From the IMG/VR virus record IMGVR_UViG_3300030109_002631, positions 46,266 to 66,265 of that record: a stretch of DNA of 20,000 bases; one strand, given 5' to 3'. Origin of the DNA: an uncultured virus (IMG/VR IMGVR_UViG_3300030109_002631). Lineage: Duplodnaviria; Heunggongvirae; Uroviricota; Caudoviricetes. Of the stretch, positions 6,756 to 14,381 are shown in pieces. Within the stretch, counting starts at the first letter, position 1, and each line of letters opens with the position of its first letter. A program made the translations under genes and the position numbers. The notes under the pieces are model-generated. The model was not told the DNA's origin, ran no database searches, and worked only from the letters and a program-made list of their open reading frames with translations.

Positions 6756-7259
6756 ATGGGAAGAAAAGATACAGGAAAGAACTTTGAAAATGAAATCAGA
6801 CGTTCACTCAAATCCAGCAGACACATCTGGTGGTTCAGGATACAGGATACTAATGACATTAATAGATTCGTTAAAATTGCTGTTGCAGAGAAGCAACCAG
6901 CCGACTTCTTCACTGTATACAGAAGTAGACCAATTATGGTGGAGGCTAAAACTTCTCGGAATCTTAGTTCTTTTCCTTTATATTATGGTAATACCCGTTC
7001 TATTGCTCCTCATCAGGTAAAGGAAGGAGAAAGATTAGTGAGAGCAGGTGGACTGAGTTTTATATTAATACGAAGAGAGGAGTTTAGAAACAAAAAGGTG
7101 TATGCAATTACACCATCACAAGCGAAATACTTATATAGTAAGGCATACGATAAGAAATCAGTGAAGTGGCAGTGGTTTGATAAACATGCTATTGAAGTTG
7201 AAAGACTCAAGGCACCACTACGATGGAACTTACACAAATTATACGAAGAGGTAATATGA
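6756..7259 (+). CDS. Holliday junction resolvase (RecU/Hjc-like PD-(D/E)xK nuclease)
   Basis: GKNFENEI...QPADF...VEAK...HQ...AGG.SFILI motifs; GAGGT SD. Confidence 0.8.
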   Translation: MGRKDTGKNFENEIRRSLKSSRHIWWFRIQDTNDINRFVKIAVAEKQPADFFTVYRSRPIMVEAKTSRNLSSFPLYYGNTRSIAPHQVKEGERLVRAGGLSFILIRREEFRNKKVYAITPSQAKYLYSKAYDKKSVKWQWFDKHAIEVERLKAPLRWNLHKLYEEVI

Positions 7260-7390
7260 AAAAGAGAGCAACAAAGATACCATATGAAGGATATACTCTA
7301 CCCCCCTCAGCAGAGAAGGGTGGACAGTTTGTAGACTTCAACAGAGTAATAGAAAGAAAACCAATAAAGAAGGTTAGGATTAAGAAATGA
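7256..7390 (+). CDS. 44-aa basic microprotein (not in ORF track)
   Basis: GAGGT SD, ATGA overlaps; MKKRATKIPYEGYTLPPSAEKGGQFVDFNRVIERKPIKKVRIKK. Confidence 0.6.
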   Translation: MKKRATKIPYEGYTLPPSAEKGGQFVDFNRVIERKPIKKVRIKK

Positions 7391-7539
7391 CAATAACAGA
7401 CTGGCTACTGTTCATAGCAGTAATAGATGGACCCTTAATAGGATTTATCTATCTCATTTGGCAGAAGCTGAAAAGTGAAATGAAAAGTAAAAAGCTATTG
7501 CAAAGAATGGCTGAAGAAAGAGGAATGACAAAAGAATGA
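7387..7539 (+). CDS. 50-aa membrane microprotein (not in ORF track)
   Basis: ATGA overlaps at both ends; N-terminal hydrophobic helix WLLFIAVIDGPLIGFIYLIW. Confidence 0.6.
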   Translation: MTITDWLLFIAVIDGPLIGFIYLIWQKLKSEMKSKKLLQRMAEERGMTKE

Positions 7540-8138
7540 AAGAGATAATGGAAAAATATAGCACCACATTTTTTGAAGCGATGGATACATGGCCCGATGA
7601 ACTCAAAGAAGATATATACAAGTTATATGCTTACTTAAGAGTATGTGATGAAATGGTAGAAGGAGCTGAGTTAGCTGACTTCACACATTGGAGAGAAGTA
7701 ATAGAACAATTCTATGAAGTAAGTGATAAGTATCAGTTCAAGGGTGAATGGTTAGCAGATTTTCATTTAGCTATGTATACTGATTTAGTTAAGAAAGAAC
7801 ATACTGTGAAGTCTATGCTTGAGTATTGTAAAGGTTCAGCTGAGTCAGTAGGTGTAATGATGGCATCTATATTAGGCTGTGACCCACGAGCTGAGAGACA
7901 TGCAAGGGCTTTAGGTAGAGCATATCAAATAATAAACTTTGTTAGAGACTATGAAGAAGATATAGCTAATGGTTACCATTATATTACTGATGATTTTAAT
8001 TTATATATTAAATTATTTATGGAAGATTTGCAGATAGGTGTAGAAGGATTACACTTCATACCTGAAGACTTACGTGGTCCTATACTACATGCTAATCAAT
8101 CATACATAGAGGTGGCACGTGAAGCCAACCTACTATAA
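7536..8138 (+). CDS. Squalene/phytoene synthase family protein (compact CrtB-like)
   Basis: YSTTF, LYAYLRVCDEMVE, YCKGSAESVGVM, LGRAYQIINFVRDYEED motifs. Confidence 0.85.
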   Translation: MKEIMEKYSTTFFEAMDTWPDELKEDIYKLYAYLRVCDEMVEGAELADFTHWREVIEQFYEVSDKYQFKGEWLADFHLAMYTDLVKKEHTVKSMLEYCKGSAESVGVMMASILGCDPRAERHARALGRAYQIINFVRDYEEDIANGYHYITDDFNLYIKLFMEDLQIGVEGLHFIPEDLRGPILHANQSYIEVAREANLL

Positions 8139-8370
8139 AGTATTGTGGCATAACTGCAACAGATGTAAAACACACTTTACCAGCGAAGCGCCTCATCTTA
8201 GAGCATATCTTTGTGATGAGTGTTGGAGAGCTATACCTCATTTCACAGTAAAATCAATACAAAAACCAGTAAAAAAGAAGGATGATATAAATATGAAGAC
8301 GATAATCTTATATACAATCGGCAATCTAATTTGTTTGGGGGTAATCGCATACTATTTGTGGTTTAAATAA
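8119..8370 (+). CDS. Zinc-finger protein with C-terminal membrane anchor
   Basis: CNRC...CDEC plus a hydrophobic tail; GTG start with GAGGTG SD. Confidence 0.65.
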   Translation: MKPTYYKVLWHNCNRCKTHFTSEAPHLRAYLCDECWRAIPHFTVKSIQKPVKKKDDINMKTIILYTIGNLICLGVIAYYLWFK

Positions 8371-8376
8371 ATAAAT

Positions 8377-8478
8377 ATGGTTCAAATCGAATGTTACAAA
8401 TGCTTGAAGAGAGCATTTTTTGTAGATATAGAAGGCAACAGAAGGTGTGTTCACTGCACACCATACAAGGAAAAATGA
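8377..8478 (+). CDS. 33-aa zinc-finger microprotein (not in ORF track)
   Basis: MVQIECYKCLKRAFFVDIEGNRRCVHCTPYKEK; two CxxC motifs. Confidence 0.62.
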   Translation: MVQIECYKCLKRAFFVDIEGNRRCVHCTPYKEK

Positions 8479-8556
8479 AATGGATATTATACCCTTAGAA
8501 ATTCCAATAAGAGACCAACTAAAGGTTCTCAGTTTACAACTCTCAGTATGGGTAGC

Positions 8557-8571
8557 GAAAGCCTTATATAC
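8557..8571 (+). promoter_or_regulatory. Archaeal BRE/TATA promoter
   Basis: GAAAGCCTTATATAC upstream of ORF 8607, which has a GGTGA SD. Confidence 0.7.
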
Positions 8572-8606
8572 TGGGTAGTTATGGGTTACATTAACAGGTG
8601 ATTTAA

Positions 8607-8912
8607 ATGAAAAGAACAGAACAAATCAACAAGCTGATGGATGCTGTAAAGCACTATCAAAAAACAGGAAAGCACAAGCAGGTTAGTATTAGATACAACC
8701 CTGAAAACAGAACACAGTTTGACTTCGCTTCATGGAAGCACAGTTCAGACAGTAAGTCTGTAAGGCAAATATTACCAGAAGATATTAGAATGTCATCAGA
8801 AGGTAAGTTCTACGTTATCGGTAACGACAATAGATATAACTTGAAGCAGTATGCTTCTCAGTTTAAACAACACCCACGTTGTTACAGATTAGATAGATTA
8901 GTGGTAGAATAA
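8607..8912 (+). CDS. Stand-alone WYL-domain protein
   Basis: L.DAV...VSIRY...R.I.P..I...FYVIG.D...RCYRLDRL pattern typical of WYL domains. Confidence 0.7.
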   Translation: MKRTEQINKLMDAVKHYQKTGKHKQVSIRYNPENRTQFDFASWKHSSDSKSVRQILPEDIRMSSEGKFYVIGNDNRYNLKQYASQFKQHPRCYRLDRLVVE

Positions 8913-9260
8913 ATGGATAATTTATTAGAAGGTTTTCTCCAGTTAGCCAAAGGAAACGATAAGAATCTTTCAATGGAAGAACTATTGACAGAGGAAGAAA
9001 AGTTTGAATGGGAAACACTGGTGAAAGCGATGGACTCTATCGACATACTGAATGTGGGTAAAGACTTAGAAAAGGTTGCAAAGACATACAAACTACAACG
9101 ATGGCAGGAGCTATCACTGTTAGCATACGTGAAACTATTAGAGATGATGGTTAAGAGAGCAAAAGATTCTGGCGCTATCGAGTCTTTAGATAAGATAGGT
9201 AAAGGAGTAAAAGCACCACCTATGCCTCACGAGTTTGATGCAGGGAGTATGTTTGGTTAA
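8913..9260 (+). CDS. Hypothetical protein
   Basis: 115-aa helical ORF abutting both neighbours. Confidence 0.65.
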   Translation: MDNLLEGFLQLAKGNDKNLSMEELLTEEEKFEWETLVKAMDSIDILNVGKDLEKVAKTYKLQRWQELSLLAYVKLLEMMVKRAKDSGAIESLDKIGKGVKAPPMPHEFDAGSMFG

Positions 9261-9375
9261 TACCGTAGCATGTAACACATGCAGATGTAGATTAGCGATG
9301 AACTACGTCAAATACAGAGACACAGCAGGTAATCCCTACTGTCACATATGTTATACGAGGTTACTAAATGGCTGA
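9253..9375 (+). CDS. 40-aa zinc-finger microprotein (not in ORF track)
   Basis: TTG start after GGGAG; MVNTVACNTCRCRLAMNYVKYRDTAGNPYCHICYTRLLNG. Confidence 0.62.
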   Translation: MVNTVACNTCRCRLAMNYVKYRDTAGNPYCHICYTRLLNG

Positions 9376-9475
9376 ATTCTGGAATGAAGAAAGAAAGCTA
9401 AGAGTAGTAGACTATATGTCAGGAATGATATTTGGTTACTGTATAGGTATGATTGTAGGAGTGTGGATATTATGA
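9368..9475 (+). CDS. 35-aa membrane microprotein (not in ORF track)
   Basis: MAEFWNEERKLRVVDYMSGMIFGYCIGMIVGVWIL; GxxxGxxxGxxxG helix; GAGGT SD. Confidence 0.6.
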   Translation: MAEFWNEERKLRVVDYMSGMIFGYCIGMIVGVWIL

Positions 9476-9597
9476 GGTGTAGACGTTGTGGTAGAGATTA
9501 TGTAGGTATGATGAAATCAAATACATTCAATTGTCCACATTGTGGAGGAGTTCTCGCTACAGGCACACCAGTTCCATCGAGGTATAAAGATGAATGA
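9472..9597 (+). CDS. 41-aa CPxCG-type zinc-finger microprotein (not in ORF track)
   Basis: MRCRRCGRDYVGMMKSNTFNCPHCGGVLATGTPVPSRYKDE; ATGA overlap with the previous gene. Confidence 0.72.
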   Translation: MRCRRCGRDYVGMMKSNTFNCPHCGGVLATGTPVPSRYKDE

Positions 9598-9916
9598 TAG
9601 ATGGGAACAATTTACTCGAATATGGAAGAAAGGTAAACAGAATTCTACTGTAATGAGTATTATGTCAAAGGTCTCTGAGAGAGGTCTGAAACCAACTGAG
9701 GACAATTGTAGAGATTACTACATGGGTTACATAAGGTATTATGTAGACGCAATATCTGGACAAGGTGAACACCTTAATCCGAGAAAGAACAAAATAAAAA
9801 TGAAAGCTTTAAAGAGGAATAAAAATGCGAAAGAACAAGGAGGATATCGCAAAGGTAAACCATCACATAAGGTGGGCCGAAGATATCCACAAAAGAAACG
9901 AAAGATACAGCGATGA
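9590..9916 (+). CDS. Hypothetical protein with very basic C-terminus
   Basis: Track ORF 9542-9916; ATG at 9590 with GAGGT SD is the more likely start. Confidence 0.6.
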   Translation: MNDRWEQFTRIWKKGKQNSTVMSIMSKVSERGLKPTEDNCRDYYMGYIRYYVDAISGQGEHLNPRKNKIKMKALKRNKNAKEQGGYRKGKPSHKVGRRYPQKKRKIQR

Positions 9917-10091
9917 TAGCAACTGGTGGCCTTTTGTCCAGAATATCAACGATGTGCTCGACAGGGTTGAGTTTTTAACTCAGCGCTTAGACGACATCGA
10001 AAACACCATTGATGGTGTAGATGGAAAGATAAAAAATCTTAGAAAGATTTTGATAAAATTAGAGGTAATAGATGACAGATTCATCTTCTAA
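9825..10091 (+). CDS. Coiled-coil hypothetical protein
   Basis: Heptad pattern LDRVEFLTQRLDDIENTIDGVDGKIKNL; start uncertain because of the overlap with the upstream ORF. Confidence 0.55.
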   Translation: MRKNKEDIAKVNHHIRWAEDIHKRNERYSDDSNWWPFVQNINDVLDRVEFLTQRLDDIENTIDGVDGKIKNLRKILIKLEVIDDRFIF

Positions 10092-10338
10092 TAAAGATAA
10101 TGAAATGGCTGAAATGGCAGGAGAGCTTCTTCAAGCTCGAATGGAAGCTCAGTCAAGCAAGTTCACCCACTTATTGAGGGTAGGGACGTTTCAGCTGGAA
10201 GTAGCACCAACTGAGGACGTAGATGTTCGTGAATTCTTTACGGAAGTGCTTGATAAACTGATGGATAAATATGGAGATAGACTTCTTCAAATTGACATCA
10301 GTCAGACAGCATCTCCTACAGGAACGATGCACGGATAG
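10072..10338 (+). CDS. Hypothetical protein
   Basis: 88-aa ORF with GAGGT SD. Confidence 0.65.
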   Translation: MTDSSSNKDNEMAEMAGELLQARMEAQSSKFTHLLRVGTFQLEVAPTEDVDVREFFTEVLDKLMDKYGDRLLQIDISQTASPTGTMHG

Positions 10339-10354
10339 AAAGCTTTATATATCT
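10337..10354 (+). promoter_or_regulatory. Archaeal BRE/TATA promoter heading the replication operon
   Basis: AGAAAGCTTTATATATCT, identical to 6657-6674. Confidence 0.8.
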
Positions 10355-10387
10355 ATATAGAGTATAAGCTACAAAGGATGTGAAATT

Positions 10388-10600
10388 ATGGCAGATAAAA
10401 AATCAAGTCTTGAATTAAAAGCGGGATTGTTCCGCAACACAGATAAGAATGGAAACGTTTATTACACAGGTAAGAACGAAGAAGGAGAGGAATTTGTAAT
10501 GTTCCGTAACTCCTATTGGAAAGAAGGTGCCTCCAAACCATACTTCAGGTTAATGAAGCGTGTAGGAGATGGCCCATCAACCAGTGCAGTAGAGGACTAA
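10388..10600 (+). CDS. Small beta-rich protein (DUF736-like, possible nucleic-acid binder)
   Basis: GLFRNTDKNGNVYYTG...VMFRN...KPYFRL pattern. Confidence 0.55.
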   Translation: MADKKSSLELKAGLFRNTDKNGNVYYTGKNEEGEEFVMFRNSYWKEGASKPYFRLMKRVGDGPSTSAVED

Positions 10601-10602
10601 AC

Positions 10603-10971
10603 ATGTTTAGAGGTAGAGATAGAGAACTGTTAGAAATGTGGCAGGACCTTCTCGGTGCAATAGAGATGGTAGAAGTCCCTCGCTACACAAGGTCAAATCC
10701 AAATAAGAACGTTCAAGTCGATGAACAGAACGGAACCATTACTATCACTGCTGAGATGGCAGGGGTAGACAAAGAACAGGTAGATATCGAAGTAAGTAAT
10801 AGAACAGTAACCATTAAAGCAGAATCAGAAAGAAAGAACTTTACATGGGACAGAACTTTTGATTACGAGATTGACCCTGAGTCAGTGAAAGCAACTATGG
10901 TTAATGGAATACTTGACATGACTATAGAAAAGAAATCGAAAACAAGTGCAAAGAAAGTGGAGATAAAATGA
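10603..10971 (+). CDS. Small heat shock protein (Hsp20/alpha-crystallin)
   Basis: AEMAGVDKEQVDIEV...IDPESVKATMVNGILDM.IEK...KKVEI; start reassigned to ATG 10603 (AGAGGA SD). Confidence 0.92.
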   Translation: MFRGRDRELLEMWQDLLGAIEMVEVPRYTRSNPNKNVQVDEQNGTITITAEMAGVDKEQVDIEVSNRTVTIKAESERKNFTWDRTFDYEIDPESVKATMVNGILDMTIEKKSKTSAKKVEIK

Positions 10972-11156
10972 CACAACAAAATTCAGATGTAGAACAAATC
11001 AGTAATGTAAAGACTGTTGACCAATATAAACGTATATACGTTCCAGATAAGATATTAGAGGCTATGGGTCTCGAAGTAGGTGACAATTTGGTATGGATGA
11101 ACGATAAGATATCTGGTGAATACTTTATAAGAAAGGCAACTGTAACTATAGAATGA
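10968..11156 (+). CDS. AbrB/MazE/SpoVT-family DNA-binding protein
   Basis: VDQYKRIYVPDKILEAMGLEVGDNLVW signature. Confidence 0.82.
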   Translation: MTQQNSDVEQISNVKTVDQYKRIYVPDKILEAMGLEVGDNLVWMNDKISGEYFIRKATVTIE

Positions 11157-11842
11157 GTTATAGCGATTGGATTCAATCATCTAAGAGTAATAGAATCTGG
11201 TTAGAAGAATCTATGACTGCTTTAGGGCAGTTTGCTTTTATATCACCTATACACAGAGTCCGACACTGGAACCCAGCCAAAAGGCAACGGGTTAAGTGTT
11301 GGGCTAAAGATGGTAATTGTATACACTGTGAACGTGAAATACCTAAGATAAACGAATTTACCTACGGTATCTATCATCAACAGAGTGAATACGAGGGTGG
11401 TGGTAAGCATGGAGTATCTTATATGAGTGTAACATTATCAACACATACACACTTCCAACAGTTATTTTCAAAAATAATAGATGGAAATGAAAACCCAACT
11501 GATTTAGTTTTTGAGATAAAAAGAACTAAGATAATGACATCTCAAGGTAAACCTGTAAATGGGTATGAGTTAACACCAACTGAGATGGATATGTTTGTAA
11601 AAGAGAAGTTCAGACCAGCTTTAGAATCTTCAGAGGAACAGTCCTATACATGGGTAGTTCCAGAAGAAATAGTAGAGCATCTAAAAGAGAAAGAAGGACA
11701 ACCAATCACCATGATTGATTTATTTTTAATACTTAAAGATAACTTTGCAGGATATTCTGAGAAAGAACTAAAGACTTTTACTACGAGGTTGTGTGAAAAC
11801 AATGTGCTAAACTTAAGGAAAGCGAGGAAGAAATGGTTGTAG
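11153..11842 (+). CDS. Putative single-stranded DNA-binding protein (T4 gp32-like, Zn-binding)
   Basis: HW...C......CIHC metal site, ...FEIKR...YEL.P pattern, location in the replication block. Confidence 0.5.
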   Translation: MSYSDWIQSSKSNRIWLEESMTALGQFAFISPIHRVRHWNPAKRQRVKCWAKDGNCIHCEREIPKINEFTYGIYHQQSEYEGGGKHGVSYMSVTLSTHTHFQQLFSKIIDGNENPTDLVFEIKRTKIMTSQGKPVNGYELTPTEMDMFVKEKFRPALESSEEQSYTWVVPEEIVEHLKEKEGQPITMIDLFLILKDNFAGYSEKELKTFTTRLCENNVLNLRKARKKWL

Positions 11843-12054
11843 ATAGAACGAGAACAGATTTGTCTGATTATTTATCTTATGTTATAGAGGAAAAATTAAA
11901 TGGACTCTATGCAGAAGGTTATTCTTTAACAGACGCAATACAAGTATTAACAAAAGAAAATATAAATACATGGATTGTCGAATGGTATAAGAATCGATTT
12001 GACAGGGCACCACCACAGTGGTTAGCGAGTTGGAGAGATGAAGAAAAAGTTTGA
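11833..12054 (+). CDS. Hypothetical protein
   Basis: 73-aa ORF overlapping both neighbours. Confidence 0.6.
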   Translation: MVVDRTRTDLSDYLSYVIEEKLNGLYAEGYSLTDAIQVLTKENINTWIVEWYKNRFDRAPPQWLASWRDEEKV

Positions 12055-13513
12055 ACTGCATGACCTATTAAGGTATTTCCATAATGCCCGTAAGAGTGAT
12101 GGCACTCTGGCTCCTATATTAGGAGAAGACTCTGTAGCTCTCACTTCAGCATTAGCTTATTTGTTAGAAGATAATAACTTTTGTATCAAAGCTTATTCAG
12201 GAACAGGTAAGACAGTTATCATGGATGCTGTCAAAATGTTACTTCCTGAAGAGTGGTATTATACAATGGAACATTTATCTGAGACTGCTATATGGTATGA
12301 CAAAACAGATATAAATATGTCTCGTTTTGTATTTATACCTGAAGCACAAAAGCTACCTGAAGGGGTTATGGAGATAATTAAAACATGGGCTGATGATAGA
12401 ACAGCTAATCGTAAGGTGACCGATGTCACTACTAAGACAGCACGAGCGCAGAACTTATATAAGAAATTTGTTTTCATGTGTGTAGCAGTAGAAAACGATA
12501 AAGGTTCAGCTTACTTTGATGCTGAGTTAGAACGTCGATGTATGATTATGCATACTAATCCCACAGTAGAACAAACTGAGAGAGTATTGAGATACAAGCT
12601 GATGCATTCAGCTCTTCCTAAAACATCTATTACCAATATGGATGAGGATGAAATAAACAAACTGAAAGAACACATAAAAGATTGTATATCAGAAAAGGAT
12701 GATGATAGGGGAACTGTTATTAAGAATCCCTGTGCTCCCTTTTTGATTGATGCTATTCCAAGTGCGTTCCCTGTTTCACGTTCTAAAGTTCAATATCTAT
12801 TGAGACTTGTGAATGCAGTTGCACGTTTCTATCCACAGGAATTAACCAGAGTAGATAAAGATGGAGTTCACTATGGCTTAGTATCACCTAAGCATAACTG
12901 GTTAGCTCTTAGAATATATCTTCAGTCATTCGTAGAAGAGTGTCTACACATGCCAAGTCATGGAACAGATATATTAAAACTATTCCCTGAATCCAGACTG
13001 GATAGATTTGGTTTTGCAGATAGTGATACAGTCAAAATGTCAGAAGCAGAAATCAAGAAAGCTGCGAAGGCTGCTGGTTTACCCTTCACTAAACTGAGAC
13101 CCGTTATATCAGGACTACTGATGACAGGGTTCTTAGAAAGTGAAGAAGATGGAAAAAGAATCTTATATTATAAGAGTCCTCTTTTGACATCACCTCAGTC
13201 TAAAATAAAATGGAGTGATTTGATTGACAACACGAAAGAGTTTATACGAGAGAACTGGCCTGAAGTGGCTGACGAATACATTAGGAGCAGTTGTAGCCGT
13301 ATCCAAATTGTTGACCCGATTAACGGGAACAACATTGAACTGGGTGCGGGAGCAGAGAGAGCAACGGAAGTAGATGACGCTGAATATCCTTCAGTGTTTA
13401 AGTCTGCTAAAGATGCAAAGATTAAGGACTATGAGTCCTTTCTATTAAAAGCAGAAGGAGATTACAATGAAGAAGAAGACGAAGCCGTCAGAGTATTTTA
13501 CGAAGAAGGTTAA
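12038..13513 (+). CDS. AAA+ ATPase, putative replicative helicase, with C-terminal winged-helix-like domain
   Basis: Walker A AYSGTGKT, degenerate Walker B FVFIPE, arginine finger ELERR, C-terminal LRPVISGLLMTGFLE helix. Confidence 0.62.
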   Translation: MKKKFELHDLLRYFHNARKSDGTLAPILGEDSVALTSALAYLLEDNNFCIKAYSGTGKTVIMDAVKMLLPEEWYYTMEHLSETAIWYDKTDINMSRFVFIPEAQKLPEGVMEIIKTWADDRTANRKVTDVTTKTARAQNLYKKFVFMCVAVENDKGSAYFDAELERRCMIMHTNPTVEQTERVLRYKLMHSALPKTSITNMDEDEINKLKEHIKDCISEKDDDRGTVIKNPCAPFLIDAIPSAFPVSRSKVQYLLRLVNAVARFYPQELTRVDKDGVHYGLVSPKHNWLALRIYLQSFVEECLHMPSHGTDILKLFPESRLDRFGFADSDTVKMSEAEIKKAAKAAGLPFTKLRPVISGLLMTGFLESEEDGKRILYYKSPLLTSPQSKIKWSDLIDNTKEFIRENWPEVADEYIRSSCSRIQIVDPINGNNIELGAGAERATEVDDAEYPSVFKSAKDAKIKDYESFLLKAEGDYNEEEDEAVRVFYEEG

Positions 13514-13787
13514 ACTACCTACCAAAGACGAACAATTCGCAGTTGTTCGAGAGATGTCTGGAGGTTCACGTCTTCTCGCTATGTGTGAAGATAACCAAAT
13601 GAGAATGGTTAGAATCGGTGGTAAGTTTAAGAAAAGAATGTGGGTCCGAGTAGATGATTTAATATTAATCAAACCTTGGACCGTTCAGTCTGATTCAAGA
13701 GCAGACTTAGTTTATCGCTATCTCCCAAATGAGAGGAATTGGATTCTCAGAAGAGACATAATACCAGAGGAGTTGAATATATGGTAA
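13467..13787 (+). CDS. eif1a: Archaeal translation initiation factor 1A (aIF-1A)
   Basis: VKLP...EQFAVV.EM.GGSRL...CED...RMVRI.GKFKKRMWVR..D.I.IKPW..QSD..ADLVYRY...WI, matching the aIF-1A/eIF1A OB-fold signature. Confidence 0.93.
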   Translation: MKKKTKPSEYFTKKVKLPTKDEQFAVVREMSGGSRLLAMCEDNQMRMVRIGGKFKKRMWVRVDDLILIKPWTVQSDSRADLVYRYLPNERNWILRRDIIPEELNIW

Positions 13788-14122
13788 TGGAAGCAACGTA
13801 TATAGATTTTTGCAAACACAGTGCAAGATATCCTATTACGAAAGAAAAAGAATACCTAATGATAGGTCTAATGAATGAAGCTGGCGAAGTAGGTGGCGCA
13901 TTCAAAAAAGAAATAAGAGATGACGTCGATAACAAAGAACTTATTATCGATGAAATGGGTGATGTTTTGTGGTATCTCACTAACTTATGCACATTATATG
14001 GCATAACTCTAAGTGATTTGATGCATAAAAATGTTAGTAAATTAGTAGGGCGTATGACTGAAGAACAAGCCCGTAACTATAGAATCAGTCAAGGCACGGA
14101 GTTGCCTAACAATGCCAAGTAA
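13781..14122 (+). CDS. MazG-like nucleoside triphosphate pyrophosphohydrolase
   Basis: GLMNEAGEV...KK..RD...EMGDVLWYL...N..KL..R; start moved to ATG 13781 (13787 also possible). Confidence 0.9.
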   Translation: MVMEATYIDFCKHSARYPITKEKEYLMIGLMNEAGEVGGAFKKEIRDDVDNKELIIDEMGDVLWYLTNLCTLYGITLSDLMHKNVSKLVGRMTEEQARNYRISQGTELPNNAK

Positions 14123-14381
14123 AGATAACTTGGTAGTTAGCACAGACGACGAACGCCTACAGTGGATAACACTGTTGACTAAGTGTAGTGACTTTCACTA
14201 CGACATGTCAGGGCAATTTATAGAAGAGAAAGAGGTAGCTGACATCCATCGTGCATGGGCCGCCGCTATCCGAGATGCTGTATTACTAATTGATATGTGG
14301 CAAATAGAAGAAGCTGAGGTAAAGGTTGACCCTCGACCTCCTTCTGAACGTGCTACTAATGTAACTGAGGAAGAAGAATGA
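14112..14381 (+). CDS. Hypothetical protein
   Basis: 89-aa ORF with acidic tail, ATGA-coupled to polB. Confidence 0.6.
   Translation: MPSKDNLVVSTDDERLQWITLLTKCSDFHYDMSGQFIEEKEVADIHRAWAAAIRDAVLLIDMWQIEEAEVKVDPRPPSERATNVTEEEE

Noticed and set aside
6715..7020. Alternative-frame + strand ORF with hydrophobic tail
   Set aside because: It lies mostly within the resolvase gene, which has the SD and catalytic motifs; likely a shadow ORF.
9802..9815. Promoter-like GAAAGCTTTAAAGA
   Set aside because: It lies inside a coding region, has a weaker TATA match and is too close to ATG 9825 to serve it, so it is left uncalled.
10968..11156. AbrB protein as the antitoxin of a toxin-antitoxin pair
   Set aside because: The downstream gene resembles an SSB rather than a PIN or MazF toxin; a transcription regulator is more likely.
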